A stretch of 64,000 nt of DNA from Atribacterota bacterium (GCA_040767965.1 JAXGNR010000005.1:64001-128000), one strand, 5' to 3'; counted from the first letter of the stretch, positions 20,300 through 31,668 are shown. The notes: generated by a model from the letters alone, not told the origin. Translations and numbers: made by a program.

Positions 20300-21328
20300 A
20301 TGAAAAAATATTTACCATTAGGAAAATTAGAATACAAATTACTTGCCGGATTATTAAAAAAATACGAAAACAAGCATGATAAAAGGGTTGTGGTAGGACC
20401 CAGGATTGGGGAAGACGCAGCTGTTATTGAGTATCCTGACCGATATCTGGTTGCTAAAACTGATCCTGTAACATTTGCTACCGAAGAAATAGGCTGGTAT
20501 GCAGTACAGATCAATGCCAACGATATTGCTACCAGAGGTGCAATCCCTAAATGGTTTCAGGCAACTATTCTTTTACCTGAAAACAAAACAAATTCAGAAA
20601 TTATTGATAAGATCTTTTATCAGATTTATACCGCTTGTCGACAATTAAATGTAACAGTTATCGGAGGACATACCGAAATCAGTTATAATCTGGATAGACC
20701 GATTATTGTTGGGAATATGTTAGGGGAAGTTGCTAAAAATAGACTAGTCTCCACTGCCGGGGCACTGTCTGGAGATTCTATTATTCTCACAAAAGGAATT
20801 ATCATTGAAGGGACTTCCATTATAGCAAGAGAAAAAGAAAGCGATTTGCTAAAAAAAGGATATGATATAGATTTTATAAAAAGATGTCAGAATTTTCTAT
20901 ACAACCCTGGACTGTCTGTACTGCAAGATGCTATTGTTGCTTGTAAAACAGAAGTGCATGCTATGCATGATCCTACAGAAGGAGGAATAGCAGCAGGATT
21001 AAGCGAGATTGCTATTGCCTCTCAAACAGGGTTACTGGTAGAAGAAGATAAAATTAAGATTCTTGAAGAGTCTGCAATAATATGTCAGGAGTACAATTTA
21101 GATCCCTTAAAGACTATTGCTTCTGGATCATTGCTGGTAGTAGTTCCTCCCAAAAAAGCTAACCAGACTATCAATAATTTGCAGAAAAAAGGAATAAAAG
21201 CTTTTTTGATCGGTGAAATTAAAGAAAAAGATTTTGGAGTTAAAATTATAAAAAAAGGGAAAATAGTAGATTTAGAATTTTCTGCAAAAGACGAAATTAC
21301 TAAAATATTTGAATTGAAAAAAGTATGA
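20300..21328 (+). CDS. AIR synthase-related (PurM/HypE-like) protein
   Basis: Motifs GEDAAV, KTDPVT, NANDIA, GGHTE and MHDPTEGG. Confidence 0.85.
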   Translation: MKKYLPLGKLEYKLLAGLLKKYENKHDKRVVVGPRIGEDAAVIEYPDRYLVAKTDPVTFATEEIGWYAVQINANDIATRGAIPKWFQATILLPENKTNSEIIDKIFYQIYTACRQLNVTVIGGHTEISYNLDRPIIVGNMLGEVAKNRLVSTAGALSGDSIILTKGIIIEGTSIIAREKESDLLKKGYDIDFIKRCQNFLYNPGLSVLQDAIVACKTEVHAMHDPTEGGIAAGLSEIAIASQTGLLVEEDKIKILEESAIICQEYNLDPLKTIASGSLLVVVPPKKANQTINNLQKKGIKAFLIGEIKEKDFGVKIIKKGKIVDLEFSAKDEITKIFELKKV

Positions 21329-21351
21329 CAGCTTTATAGAAGGAGAAAATA

Positions 21352-22578
21352 ATGAAAAAACCAGAATTATTAGCACCAGCAGGCAATTTGGAAAACTTAA
21401 AAATGGCAATTATTTATGGTGCTGATGCGGTATATTTAGGTGGTTTAAACTATGGATTAAGATCCAGAGCAAAAAATTTCACTCTGGAGCAGCTGACAGA
21501 AGGTGTTAGTTTTGCCCATGAAAGAGGTAAGCGAATTTATGTAACAGTTAATATTATTGCACATAATGAAGATCTGAAGGGATTGCCTGAATATTTAAAA
21601 GTTTTGCAGGATTTGAATATCGATGCAATTATTGTTTCTGATCCGGGAATAATTGGGATTGCAAAAGAAACAATACCAGAGATGGAGATACATTTAAGTA
21701 CTCAGGCTAATACTACTAATTATGCAGCAACAAATTTTTGGTATGGACATGGAATCAGCAGAATAATCCTGGCCAGAGAATTATCTTTAGAGGAAATAAA
21801 AGAAATAGTGGAGAAATCACCACCGGAACTGAAATTAGAAACCTTTGTACATGGAGCTATGTGCATTTCATATTCAGGAAGATGCCTGTTGAGTAATTAT
21901 CTTATTAACAGAGATGCCAATAGAGGTGATTGCGCCCATTCCTGTCGCTGGAAATACTATCTGATGGAAGAAACAAGGCCTGGAGAGTATTTGCCTGTTT
22001 TTGAAAATGAAAAAGGAACTTATTTTTTTAACTCAAAAGATTTATGTATGCTGGAATATTTACCTTTACTAATAGAAACAGGAATTTCTGTTTTTAAAAT
22101 CGAGGGCAGGATGAAAGGTTCTTACTATGTTGCAGCAGTAACGAAAGCTTACCGCAAGCAGATTGATAAATATCTTGCAGATCCAGATAACTATATTTTT
22201 GATATGAAATATCTGGATGAAATCCATAAGGTCAGCAACAGAGAATATACCACCGGATTTTATTTTGGCAAACCTGAAGATACTGAACAGCGTTATCATA
22301 GTGCAGAGTATATTCAAAACTACGATTTTATTGGACTGGTCATTGATTATAATTCTGATAAACAGCTGGCAACAGTTGAACAGAAGAACAGAATGCTTGT
22401 CGGTGATCAGATTGAGATATTTGGACCGAATGATGATTATTTTGTTCAGAGGATAGACAGGATATGGAAAGAAGACGGGGAAGAAATAGAAGTTGCACCA
22501 CATTCTGGGCAGATTATTCAGATTAAAACTGCAAAACCAGTTCAGCCATGGTATATAATAAGGAAGGCTCGCAATTGA
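21352..22578 (+). CDS. U32 family protein (TrhP/YegQ-like tRNA hydroxylation)
   Basis: Motifs PELLAPAG, HLSTQAN, CISYSGRCLLS, NRGDCAHSCRW and KIEGRMK. Confidence 0.9.
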   Translation: MKKPELLAPAGNLENLKMAIIYGADAVYLGGLNYGLRSRAKNFTLEQLTEGVSFAHERGKRIYVTVNIIAHNEDLKGLPEYLKVLQDLNIDAIIVSDPGIIGIAKETIPEMEIHLSTQANTTNYAATNFWYGHGISRIILARELSLEEIKEIVEKSPPELKLETFVHGAMCISYSGRCLLSNYLINRDANRGDCAHSCRWKYYLMEETRPGEYLPVFENEKGTYFFNSKDLCMLEYLPLLIETGISVFKIEGRMKGSYYVAAVTKAYRKQIDKYLADPDNYIFDMKYLDEIHKVSNREYTTGFYFGKPEDTEQRYHSAEYIQNYDFIGLVIDYNSDKQLATVEQKNRMLVGDQIEIFGPNDDYFVQRIDRIWKEDGEEIEVAPHSGQIIQIKTAKPVQPWYIIRKARN

Positions 22579-22893
22579 TTGTGCTTTTACAAGATAATGT
22601 AAATACAAAATTTTTTGCAAAATAGCTTTAAAATGAAATAAAACCGACCTTGAGAGGTTTAATGCTATTTTAAACAGCTTTAAAAAGAAATAGAAATATA
22701 CAGTATAATGTATTATAATGAAAAATAAATATATAAGTAATATTTATGTTTAAGTTAAAAGTAAAATAATTTTTAATAGAAAAAATTAATATAGATATAA
22801 ATAAGACAAAGGAGGTGTTGCAGAAAAGAGAGTCTAGTTTGAATAATATTTTGATTATTTAAATAAACAATTATCTTAGGAGGTATTTATAAA

Positions 22894-23868
22894 ATGAGAA
22901 AACTTTCATTAATGGTTGTTCTTGTATTATTCTGCTGTTTTTTCCTTGGTATTTCAGTATTTGCTCAAAAAGTCTCTTTTTATGCTAATATAACTGCAAT
23001 TGAACCAATTATGGAGTCTTTTGAGAAAGATACTGGTATCAAAGGTGAATATACCAGAATATCCACAGATAAATTTTTAGCTACTGTGATGACTGAATTT
23101 GAAGCAGGGAAATTAATTGCAGATGTTATACAAGCCCCCATACCGGTTTTAGAAATATTAAAAGAAAGAGGAGTTCTTTCTGATTATATTTCCCCGGTTG
23201 CACAAGATTACCCGGAATGGACACGTAAAGATGGTATTCAACTTTTTGGGATTGAATATGTAGCTCTTATCTATAATAAGGAAATGGTCAGTCCGGAAGA
23301 AGCACCTAGAAGATATGAAGATCTTACAGATCCCAAATGGAAAGACCGGATAGTAATGGCTAATCCTTCTATTCATCCTACAACTATCTCCTGGCTGATA
23401 GGTCTGAAAGAGAATGTTTTTGCAACAGAAGAAGAGTGGATGGAATTTCTGAAAGGTCTGGCAGCAAATAATCCTATGTTTGTTGCCTCTTTTGGTCCTA
23501 CTCCGGCACCAATTGAAAGTGGTGAAAAACATATAGGAATTTCCATGCCTAAATATATTATAACAAAAGCCCCGGCACCTTTGGATTGGGCTAGATTAGA
23601 GCAGCCTATAATGGGAACTCCCCGGGCAATTGCTGTAACTTCCTCAGCACCGAATCCAGAAGAGGCAAAGGCTTTTGTTGATTACTGGTTATCAGAAAAA
23701 GCTATGTCTACTCTGGCAAACGAAGTAGGTGAATATGTGTTAGCTCCTGGAATATATCCCCCGATTGAAGGTATGGATAAAGCAGAGGTAATTGCTATAC
23801 GGGAACTTTCAGATGAAGAAATACAAAAATGGGGAGAAGAATTTAAAGATATTTTTAATGTATACTAG
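22894..23868 (+). CDS. ABC transporter substrate-binding protein (Fe3+/anion SBP family)
   Basis: Signal peptide ending VFA-Q, YEDLTDPKWK motif, operon context. Confidence 0.85.
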   Translation: MRKLSLMVVLVLFCCFFLGISVFAQKVSFYANITAIEPIMESFEKDTGIKGEYTRISTDKFLATVMTEFEAGKLIADVIQAPIPVLEILKERGVLSDYISPVAQDYPEWTRKDGIQLFGIEYVALIYNKEMVSPEEAPRRYEDLTDPKWKDRIVMANPSIHPTTISWLIGLKENVFATEEEWMEFLKGLAANNPMFVASFGPTPAPIESGEKHIGISMPKYIITKAPAPLDWARLEQPIMGTPRAIAVTSSAPNPEEAKAFVDYWLSEKAMSTLANEVGEYVLAPGIYPPIEGMDKAEVIAIRELSDEEIQKWGEEFKDIFNVY

Positions 23869-23903
23869 ATAGTTATCATGAAAAGCAGGTAAGGAGGATA
23901 ACT

Positions 23904-24995
23904 GTGGAAATCCGAATAAAAGATGTCAGCAAACACTACCTCTCTGAAGGAAAAACTATTAAAGCGCTTGATAAAGTTAATCTGACAATACCGGGTGAGC
24001 AGATATTTACTTTGCTGGGACCAAGCGGTTGCGGAAAAACCACCTTGCTTCGTTGTATCGTAGGGCTGGAGACACCGGATACTGGTGAAATAATAATTGG
24101 AGATGATGTTGTTTTTTCTTCCAAGAATAAGATTAATATTCCGGTGGAAAAAAGGGGTTTGGCTATGGTTTTTCAGACATACGCAATCTGGCCGCATATG
24201 GACGTTTTTAATAATGTTGCTTATCCCCTCCAGATCCAGAAATTACCAAAAGAAACAATTCGCAAGAGAGTTAAAAAAACTTTGCAATTTGTAAAACTAG
24301 AAGGCTTTGAAAATAGGCCGGCAACCAATATATCAGGTGGCCAGCAGCAGAGAGTAGCCCTTGCCCGTGCTCTAATTGCGGAACCTAAAGTTATCCTATT
24401 TGATGAACCATTAAGTAATCTTGATGCAAAACTAAGAGAAGAAACCAGGAAAGAATTAAGAGTTTTCCTGAGCGGGTTAAACATTACAGCAGTATATGTA
24501 ACTCATGATCAAATTGAGGCTCTTGCACTGTCAGATATTATTGCTGTAATGAATTCTGGAAAAATTGTAGAGATTGGCTCTCCAAGAAAAATATACTTCG
24601 ATGCGTCCCACCGTTTTGTTGCAGATTTTATTGGTAGAGCCAATCTAATTAAAGCAACAGTCAAAAGTCAACAGGGAAATACAACTATCGTAGATACGGA
24701 TATGGGTATTTTCAAGTGCCAGAAAAGAGATTTTCCATTAGGAACTCAGGTAACATTATGTATCCGCCCGGAATTTATATTTTTAAATGGCGATAAAGAT
24801 AGTAATAGCGATAATAAAAATATATTAAGTGGACAGATAGATAATCTTGTTTTTATCGGTGAAGCATATGAAGGAGAAGTTAAAATTGGGGAAGAGCTTT
24901 TAATGGTAAAAATACAACCCGAGACAATGTTAAAAAAAGGCGATACTGCAAAATTTTATATTAATCCAGAACACTGTCTTTTAGTTTCAGTTTAA
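23904..24995 (+). CDS. ABC ATP-binding protein (FbpC/PotA-like) with TOBE domain
   Basis: GPSGCGKT, ISGGQQQR and FDEPLSNLD motifs. Confidence 0.9.
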   Translation: MEIRIKDVSKHYLSEGKTIKALDKVNLTIPGEQIFTLLGPSGCGKTTLLRCIVGLETPDTGEIIIGDDVVFSSKNKINIPVEKRGLAMVFQTYAIWPHMDVFNNVAYPLQIQKLPKETIRKRVKKTLQFVKLEGFENRPATNISGGQQQRVALARALIAEPKVILFDEPLSNLDAKLREETRKELRVFLSGLNITAVYVTHDQIEALALSDIIAVMNSGKIVEIGSPRKIYFDASHRFVADFIGRANLIKATVKSQQGNTTIVDTDMGIFKCQKRDFPLGTQVTLCIRPEFIFLNGDKDSNSDNKNILSGQIDNLVFIGEAYEGEVKIGEELLMVKIQPETMLKKGDTAKFYINPEHCLLVSV

Positions 24996-25006
24996 GGGAG
25001 AAGAAG

Positions 25007-26677
25007 ATGAAAAAAACTTCCCGCTTAACAATTGCTCTGATAATTATAGTAGGGTTTTTAACAGTATGTCCTGTGGTTATGCTTATTTTTGGCAGCTTTT
25101 CAGAGGGTTTAAGCGCTTTTGGGACTTTTACTCTAGAAAAATATATTTCGGCATATACTGACTCTTCTTTTGGAAAAATAATTATCAATACAATTGTTTT
25201 TGTTATTGGTGCTTCTTCTGTAGCCACATTGCTTGCATTGTTTTTGGCATACCTAAACAACAGAACAGATATACCTTTTAAATTTGTATTCAAAGTTATT
25301 TCTATCACACCCATGATGATACCGCATATTTTATTTTCTGTAAGCTGGGTCTTATTATTAAACCCTACTAATGGAATTTTAAATTTAATTTTAAAAGAAA
25401 TTTTTGCTTTAGAAGGCTCTCCTTTTAATATTTATTCTATCTGGGGGATGATCCTGGTAGAAGGATTGTTAGACATGCCTATTGCTTATCTGATCATTGC
25501 TCCGGCCATGGCTTCTTTTGATGTTAATCTGGAGGAGTCTTCCCGGGTTTTTGGTGCTAACACCAGCCAAACTTTATTTAAAGTGACTTTACCAGTCCTG
25601 AGACCAGCTATTCTGGCATCTTTTATTCTTTGTGCAGTACGTTGTATGGCTTCTTTTGCAGTCCCTTCAGTAATTGGTATGCCCGGAAGGATCTATGTTT
25701 TGGCTACCCATATTTATCGTACTGTTTCAATTGGTTTTGCTGTAGATTATGGCAAAGCAGCAGCTATCGGAATGAGTGTTCTGGTGACATCAGTAACACT
25801 TATTTATATCTATCGGTATCTGACTTCAGAAAGTGAAAAATATGTTACCATTTCAAGTCGTGGTTACCGGCCAGCTGTAATAGAATTGAAAAAAGCAAAA
25901 ATACCTTTATTTGTTATATTGGGATTTATAATGTTTATTTTAATTGTACTTCCGGTGCTGGTACTGATTTATACTTCATTGGTTCCTTATTCAATGGTAC
26001 CTAGTGCCAGAGCTATTTCAATGATGAGCCTGCGCCATTGGATTGCTGTAGTAAAAGACCCCATATCATTATTATCACTAAGAAATAGTTTATTCTTAGG
26101 TGTATTTGGTGCAACAATAGGAGTTATTCTCTCCATATTTGTTGCCTATACTATTGTTAAAGTAAAAACTAAAGCATCAGGATTTTTGGAATCTTTAAGC
26201 TTTTTATCATTTTCATTTCCAGGGATTGTAATTGGAATAGGATTTATGTGGTTTTTTGTCCGTACTCCTATCTATGCAACTATCTGGGCTTTATTCATAG
26301 GCTATATCGCCACTTACCTGCCTTATGGAATTCGCCCTTTGAGTAGTGCTTTTGTACAGATTCATAAGCATCTGGAAGAATCTTCTCTGGTATGTGGAGC
26401 AAATCAGCTTACAACTATGTGGAGGATTATAATACCTCTATTAATTCCAGGCATTGTTTCAGGATGGATTTTAATGGCAACTATGTTTTTAAGAGAACTT
26501 ACTCTATCTGTAGTGCTTTCCAGGCCAGGAACCGAAGTATTAGCGGTTCAAATTCTACGTTTTGCCAATGACGGACTTTGGGGAAGACTTTCAGCCCTTG
26601 GTATAATTATGATAGTAATTTCCACTAGCCTTGTTGCTTTGGTTAATTTTATTGGAGCCCGATTTACAAGCAAATAA
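25007..26677 (+). CDS. ABC permease (FbpB-like, two fused TM modules)
   Basis: Two EAA loops, LEESSRVFGA and LEESSLVCGA. Confidence 0.9.
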   Translation: MKKTSRLTIALIIIVGFLTVCPVVMLIFGSFSEGLSAFGTFTLEKYISAYTDSSFGKIIINTIVFVIGASSVATLLALFLAYLNNRTDIPFKFVFKVISITPMMIPHILFSVSWVLLLNPTNGILNLILKEIFALEGSPFNIYSIWGMILVEGLLDMPIAYLIIAPAMASFDVNLEESSRVFGANTSQTLFKVTLPVLRPAILASFILCAVRCMASFAVPSVIGMPGRIYVLATHIYRTVSIGFAVDYGKAAAIGMSVLVTSVTLIYIYRYLTSESEKYVTISSRGYRPAVIELKKAKIPLFVILGFIMFILIVLPVLVLIYTSLVPYSMVPSARAISMMSLRHWIAVVKDPISLLSLRNSLFLGVFGATIGVILSIFVAYTIVKVKTKASGFLESLSFLSFSFPGIVIGIGFMWFFVRTPIYATIWALFIGYIATYLPYGIRPLSSAFVQIHKHLEESSLVCGANQLTTMWRIIIPLLIPGIVSGWILMATMFLRELTLSVVLSRPGTEVLAVQILRFANDGLWGRLSALGIIMIVISTSLVALVNFIGARFTSK

Positions 26678-26872
26678 AATTTCCCCTAAGAAAGTTTTCT
26701 TTATTTACTGCAGTCGTTTTATTCTTTCAATATTCCCTTACTGCTTTACAAAAAAATAAAAAAAGTGTATGTTATGATAGTTTTGTAATTTTTGTTTATA
26801 AATAAAATATTAAAAAATATTTTAAGCAGGCAATTCTGAAAATAGACAGATATTCTAAGCGAAGAGGCAATA

Positions 26873-28636
26873 TTGATTAAATTATTGAAGAATTTAAAGC
26901 CCTACTGGATATCAGTACTGGGAATAGTATTTTTTGTTTTTTTACAGGCTATTACCGAACTGTATCTGCCAACTTTAATGGCTGATATAGTAGATATCGG
27001 TATTGTTAATGAAGATATTGACTATATCAAAAGAATAGGCGCCTTGATGATTCTTATTGCTTTTATTGCCATGACCGGCTCTATTATCGGAAGTTATTTG
27101 TCAGCAAAAGTATCAGTAGGATTTGCAAAAGACCTGCGCTTAGAAGTGTTTACCAAAGTGGAAAACTTTTCTCTGGAAGAATTCAATGATAAGGGAACTG
27201 CCTCTTTAATTGTAAGAACTACTAATGATATTACCCAGATTCAACGTTTGACGGTTATGCTGCTGAGAATGTTTTTAAGAGCACCGTTGCTTTTTGCAGG
27301 CGGTATTATAATGACAATTACCAAGAATTCCCAGCTTGCATTGCTGTTAATTGCCATTCTTCCAGCATTAACTATTATCATTATTATTGTTGCCAGAAAA
27401 AGCACCATCCTTTTTACTTCTATGCAGCAGAAGGTTGATAAACTAAATCTGGTTTTTAGAGAGTATTTAACAGGTATTCGAGTAATAAGAGCATTTAATC
27501 GTGAAAATTATGAAAAAAGCAGATTTGATAAAAGCAATTATGAATTAACAGAAACTACCAAAAAAGTCAATATAATAATGTCTGCCTTGATGCCCTTAAT
27601 GATGTTAATTCTTAATTTGACTATTGTTACCATTCTGTGGCAGGGTAGCATTAAAATTGACACTGGCAGTATGCAGGTAGGGGATTTGATGGCGTTTATT
27701 CAGTATGCTACTCAGATCATGTTTTCATTGATTATGGTTTCTATGATATTTATGATGATTCCCAGAGCTTCTGTATCAGCTGGACGTATTAACGAAGTAC
27801 TGGATATTGAGCCAGAGATAAAAGATCCGAAATTACCGGACAATAAGGAAACTATAATTAAAAAAGATTTTGATAGTAGAAATATAAGTAATTTTCAAGA
27901 CAAAAAGGCAAAAGGATATATAGAATTCCGGGATGTTTATTTTTGTTATCAATATTCTGAAGAATTTACTATTGAGAATATTTCTTTTGTTGCAAAACCT
28001 GGAGAAACAACTGCTATTATAGGAAGCACCGGTTCAGGAAAAACAACTCTTATTAATCTGATACCCAGATTTTTCGATGTTACAAAAGGAAATATCATGA
28101 TTGATGGCACTGATATTAGAGAAATGACTCAATTTGAATTAAGGGATAAAATTGGATTGGTTCCACAGAACGCAGTTTTGTTCACCGGAACAGTAACGGA
28201 AAATATCAGATTCGGAAATGACAATCTATCTCAAACTGAAATTATCAAAGCAGCTGAGACCGCTCAGGCAGCTGAGTTTATCAATAGTATGCCTGAAGGG
28301 TATCAATCAATAATAGCACAGGGAGGAACTAATTTATCAGGAGGTCAGAAACAACGCTTAGCGATTGCCAGAGCTTTGGCTAAAAACCCTGATATTTATA
28401 TATTTGATGACAGTTTTTCTGCCCTTGATTTCAAAACTGAAGCTAAATTAAAGAGCAAGCTGTTTGGTGAAACAAGGAATAAGACAGTGCTAATTATTGC
28501 GCAAAGAGTTACCACTGTAATGAATGCAGATCAGATAATTGTTTTGGATAATGGGCAAATTTCAGGGATAGGAAAACATCAGGATTTAATCAAAACATGT
28601 GCAGTATATAAGGAGATTGTCTCTTCTCAGTTGTAA
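26873..28636 (+). CDS. Heterodimeric ABC exporter subunit (TM287-like, degenerate site)
   Basis: TMD plus NBD. GSTGSGKT, LSGGQKQ, Walker B FDDSFSALD, Q switch (AQR). Confidence 0.9.
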   Translation: MIKLLKNLKPYWISVLGIVFFVFLQAITELYLPTLMADIVDIGIVNEDIDYIKRIGALMILIAFIAMTGSIIGSYLSAKVSVGFAKDLRLEVFTKVENFSLEEFNDKGTASLIVRTTNDITQIQRLTVMLLRMFLRAPLLFAGGIIMTITKNSQLALLLIAILPALTIIIIIVARKSTILFTSMQQKVDKLNLVFREYLTGIRVIRAFNRENYEKSRFDKSNYELTETTKKVNIIMSALMPLMMLILNLTIVTILWQGSIKIDTGSMQVGDLMAFIQYATQIMFSLIMVSMIFMMIPRASVSAGRINEVLDIEPEIKDPKLPDNKETIIKKDFDSRNISNFQDKKAKGYIEFRDVYFCYQYSEEFTIENISFVAKPGETTAIIGSTGSGKTTLINLIPRFFDVTKGNIMIDGTDIREMTQFELRDKIGLVPQNAVLFTGTVTENIRFGNDNLSQTEIIKAAETAQAAEFINSMPEGYQSIIAQGGTNLSGGQKQRLAIARALAKNPDIYIFDDSFSALDFKTEAKLKSKLFGETRNKTVLIIAQRVTTVMNADQIIVLDNGQISGIGKHQDLIKTCAVYKEIVSSQL

Positions 28637-28651
28637 GAAGAGGAATAAAAA

Positions 28652-30529
28652 ATGAGTGAAAAACCGAAAAAATCTGGAATTCCCATAAGAGGATTTGGCC
28701 GTGGTCCTGGAGGGCATGCAGGTTTAACCATGCCTGTAGAAAAAGCAAAAGATTTTAGAAGGACTTTACTGCGATTAATTGATTATTTAAAACCTCACAA
28801 ACTAAAAATAGTTATTACTTTTCTGCTAGCTATAGGAAGTTCGTTATTTCTTATCATAAGCCCCAAGGTAATGGGCAGGGCTACTACTAAATTATTTGAA
28901 GGATATCTGCTTAAATTACAAAATGTTCCAGGTGCAGCAATTGATTTTCAATATATATTTAATATTATTTTTATTTTAATAATTTTATATATTTTCAATG
29001 TGGTTTTTACTTATTTGCAACATTATTTCATGGTAGGAGTAACCCAAAAGACTGTTTATGAAATGAGAAAGAATATTAATAATAAGCTGTCTAATCTTCC
29101 ATTAAAATATTTTGATAGCAGGACGCATGGAGAAATACTTAGCAGGGTTACCAACGATATAGATACAATTAGCAATACACTTCAGCAAAGTATAACTCAA
29201 TTAATAACCTCTATGGTTTCTCTGGTGGGTATTTTTATTATGATGCTAACCATTAGTCCGATGCTAACACTGATTATGCTTTTTGTTTTACCCGCGAGTT
29301 TTTTAGTGACCAGAGTTATTGCCAGAAGATCACAAAAATATTTTTCCAGGCAGCAAAAAATATTAGGACAATTAAACGGCCATGTAGAAGAAATGTATAC
29401 CGGGCATAAGATTGTAAAAGCTTTTAATTATGAAAAACAGTCTATCGGGCAATTTGGTGAGTTAAATAATAAATTATATGAAACTGGATGGAAAGCTGAA
29501 TTTGTATCTGGATTGATTATGCCATTGATGATAGCTATAAGTAATTTGAGTTATGTCTTTATAGTCATTTTAGGCAGCACAGCAGTTGCCAATGGTTCTA
29601 TGACTATCGGCAATGTTCAGGCTTTTATTCAATATTCCAGACAATTCACTCATCCTATTGTTCAAACGGCTAATATTGCCAATATTATTCAATCAACTGT
29701 TGCTGCTGCTGAACGGGTTTTTGAAGTTCTTGATGAAAAAGAGCAATTACCTGAAAAAGAAAATCCGGTTAAACTAGAAAATCCACAAGGCAATATTCAA
29801 TTTGATCATGTTAGATTTGGGTATGATAAAGACAATATTATTATTCAGGATATGAATTTCAAAGTTCAGAAAGGTCAGATAATTGCGATTGTGGGACCAA
29901 CTGGAGCCGGGAAAACTACTTTAGTAAATTTATTAATGCGCTTTTATGAAATAGATGAAGGATTAATAGCAATCGACAGAAAAGATATCCGTGACCTGAA
30001 AAGAAATGAATTAAGGGATATATTTGGTATGGTCCTGCAGGATACCTGGCTATTTAAAGGGAGCATCAAAGATAACATTGCATATGGCCGGGAAAATGCT
30101 ACAGATGATGAAATTGCTAAAGCTGCTACAATGGCTTATGCCGATCATTTTATTAAAACACTCCCACAAGGATACGATACAGTTATCGATGAAGAAGCCA
30201 GTAACTTATCTCAGGGGCAAAAACAACTATTGACTATTGCCAGAGCTATTTTATCCAGTCCTTCTGTTTTGATTCTGGATGAAGCTACCAGCAGCGTAGA
30301 TACCAGAACAGAGGTCCTTATTCAGAAGGCCATGCTTTCTTTAATGGAAGGAAAAACCAGTTTTGTTATTGCCCATCGTTTATCTACTATTCAAGGCGCT
30401 GACCTGATTCTGGTGATGGACAAAGGAGATATTGTGGAAAAAGGAACTCATCATGAATTGTTGCAAAATAAAGGTTTTTATGCTGATTTATATAATAGCC
30501 AATTCGCAGTATTTGGTAATGGCAAATAA
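28652..30529 (+). CDS. Heterodimeric ABC exporter subunit (TM288-like)
   Basis: GPTGAGKT, LSQGQKQ, LDEATSS and AHRL motifs. Confidence 0.9.
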   Translation: MSEKPKKSGIPIRGFGRGPGGHAGLTMPVEKAKDFRRTLLRLIDYLKPHKLKIVITFLLAIGSSLFLIISPKVMGRATTKLFEGYLLKLQNVPGAAIDFQYIFNIIFILIILYIFNVVFTYLQHYFMVGVTQKTVYEMRKNINNKLSNLPLKYFDSRTHGEILSRVTNDIDTISNTLQQSITQLITSMVSLVGIFIMMLTISPMLTLIMLFVLPASFLVTRVIARRSQKYFSRQQKILGQLNGHVEEMYTGHKIVKAFNYEKQSIGQFGELNNKLYETGWKAEFVSGLIMPLMIAISNLSYVFIVILGSTAVANGSMTIGNVQAFIQYSRQFTHPIVQTANIANIIQSTVAAAERVFEVLDEKEQLPEKENPVKLENPQGNIQFDHVRFGYDKDNIIIQDMNFKVQKGQIIAIVGPTGAGKTTLVNLLMRFYEIDEGLIAIDRKDIRDLKRNELRDIFGMVLQDTWLFKGSIKDNIAYGRENATDDEIAKAATMAYADHFIKTLPQGYDTVIDEEASNLSQGQKQLLTIARAILSSPSVLILDEATSSVDTRTEVLIQKAMLSLMEGKTSFVIAHRLSTIQGADLILVMDKGDIVEKGTHHELLQNKGFYADLYNSQFAVFGNGK

Positions 30530-30552
30530 TCCTGTCTATTTCTATTGTTTGA

Positions 30553-31668
30553 TTAATAATTTTTTTTCACAGATTTTAAACCAGATCCGGTTAAAATTGT
30601 TACTGTTAATTCAGAATGATTAATTAAATTTGATTCAATCATTTTTAGTAAACCGGCAACAGCAACAGCACTGGTTAGTTCAATAAAAATACCTTTTTTG
30701 GCGATTTCCCGGTGGCTATTTATAATTTCATTCTCACTTACTGCCAGAAATTTCCCATTGGTTTCCCTAACAGCTTCCAGAACTTTACTGCCTCGAACAG
30801 GAAATGCAGAACTTATTCCTTCTGCAACTGTTTCTTTTTTTTGGATTATTGCCGGTTTTTTAAATTTTTTTTGAAATGCCTCAAAAAGAGGTGCGCAGTT
30901 TGCTGATTGAATTGCAAAAATATGAGGAATTTTTTCTATTTCTCCCGCTGCCTGTAATTCCCTGAACCCCTGGTAGCAGCCAAGGACCAGACTGCCTTGT
31001 CCTGCAGGGACTATTATATTATCAGGAGCTTTCCAGTTTAACTGTTCCCAGATTTCGAAGGCGATTGTTTTAATTCCTTCCAGGAAAAATGGATTCCAAT
31101 TATGGCTAGCATAAAAAGAGTTATTAGCAGCTTCAATGGTTGCATGAGAGGTTTCTTCTCTGGTTCCTGCAACTTTAATAGCTTTTGCTCCATACATTTC
31201 TATTTGGAGTAATTTTCCAATAGAAGTATAGGCAGGAACATATATATTGCATTTTATGCTGGCATAGGCACAATAAGCGCTAAGAGAAGCACCTGCATTA
31301 CCAGATGAATCTTCAATAACTTCTTTTATATTATTTTCTTTTAATTTGCTTACCAAAAGAGATGTGCCTCGATCTTTGAAAGAAAGTGTAGGTGCAATAA
31401 AGTCTAGCTTAAATAAAACATTAAAGTTATCTGCAAACAAAACTGGAATCAAAGGAGACATACCCTCTCCCAGAGTAATTATATTTTCTTTTCTAATAGA
31501 AGGAATTGCTTCCAGATACCTCCAGATATTATTATCACGTCTGCTGATAATTTTTTTCGGAAAATACGGTCTATTATTGGAAATATATTCAAATGGGCTA
31601 CCACAAGAGCATCTCCAGAGGATTGCATCTTCTGGATAAAACTTCTTGCATTGAGGGCAATAAAACAT
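30553..31668 (-). CDS. thrC: Threonine synthase-like PLP enzyme with N-terminal Zn ribbon
   Basis: Start moved to ATG 31668 (SD AAGAGG). CPQC..CSC, PTLSFKDRG, DSSGNAG, TGSGLK. Confidence 0.75.
   Translation of the reverse strand: MFYCPQCKKFYPEDAILWRCSCGSPFEYISNNRPYFPKKIISRRDNNIWRYLEAIPSIRKENIITLGEGMSPLIPVLFADNFNVLFKLDFIAPTLSFKDRGTSLLVSKLKENNIKEVIEDSSGNAGASLSAYCAYASIKCNIYVPAYTSIGKLLQIEMYGAKAIKVAGTREETSHATIEAANNSFYASHNWNPFFLEGIKTIAFEIWEQLNWKAPDNIIVPAGQGSLVLGCYQGFRELQAAGEIEKIPHIFAIQSANCAPLFEAFQKKFKKPAIIQKKETVAEGISSAFPVRGSKVLEAVRETNGKFLAVSENEIINSHREIAKKGIFIELTSAVAVAGLLKMIESNLINHSELTVTILTGSGLKSVKKNY

Noticed and set aside
26873-30529. Non-consensus ATPase motifs in the ABC exporter pair
   Set aside because: This is the well-known degenerate/consensus asymmetry of TM287/288-type heterodimers.
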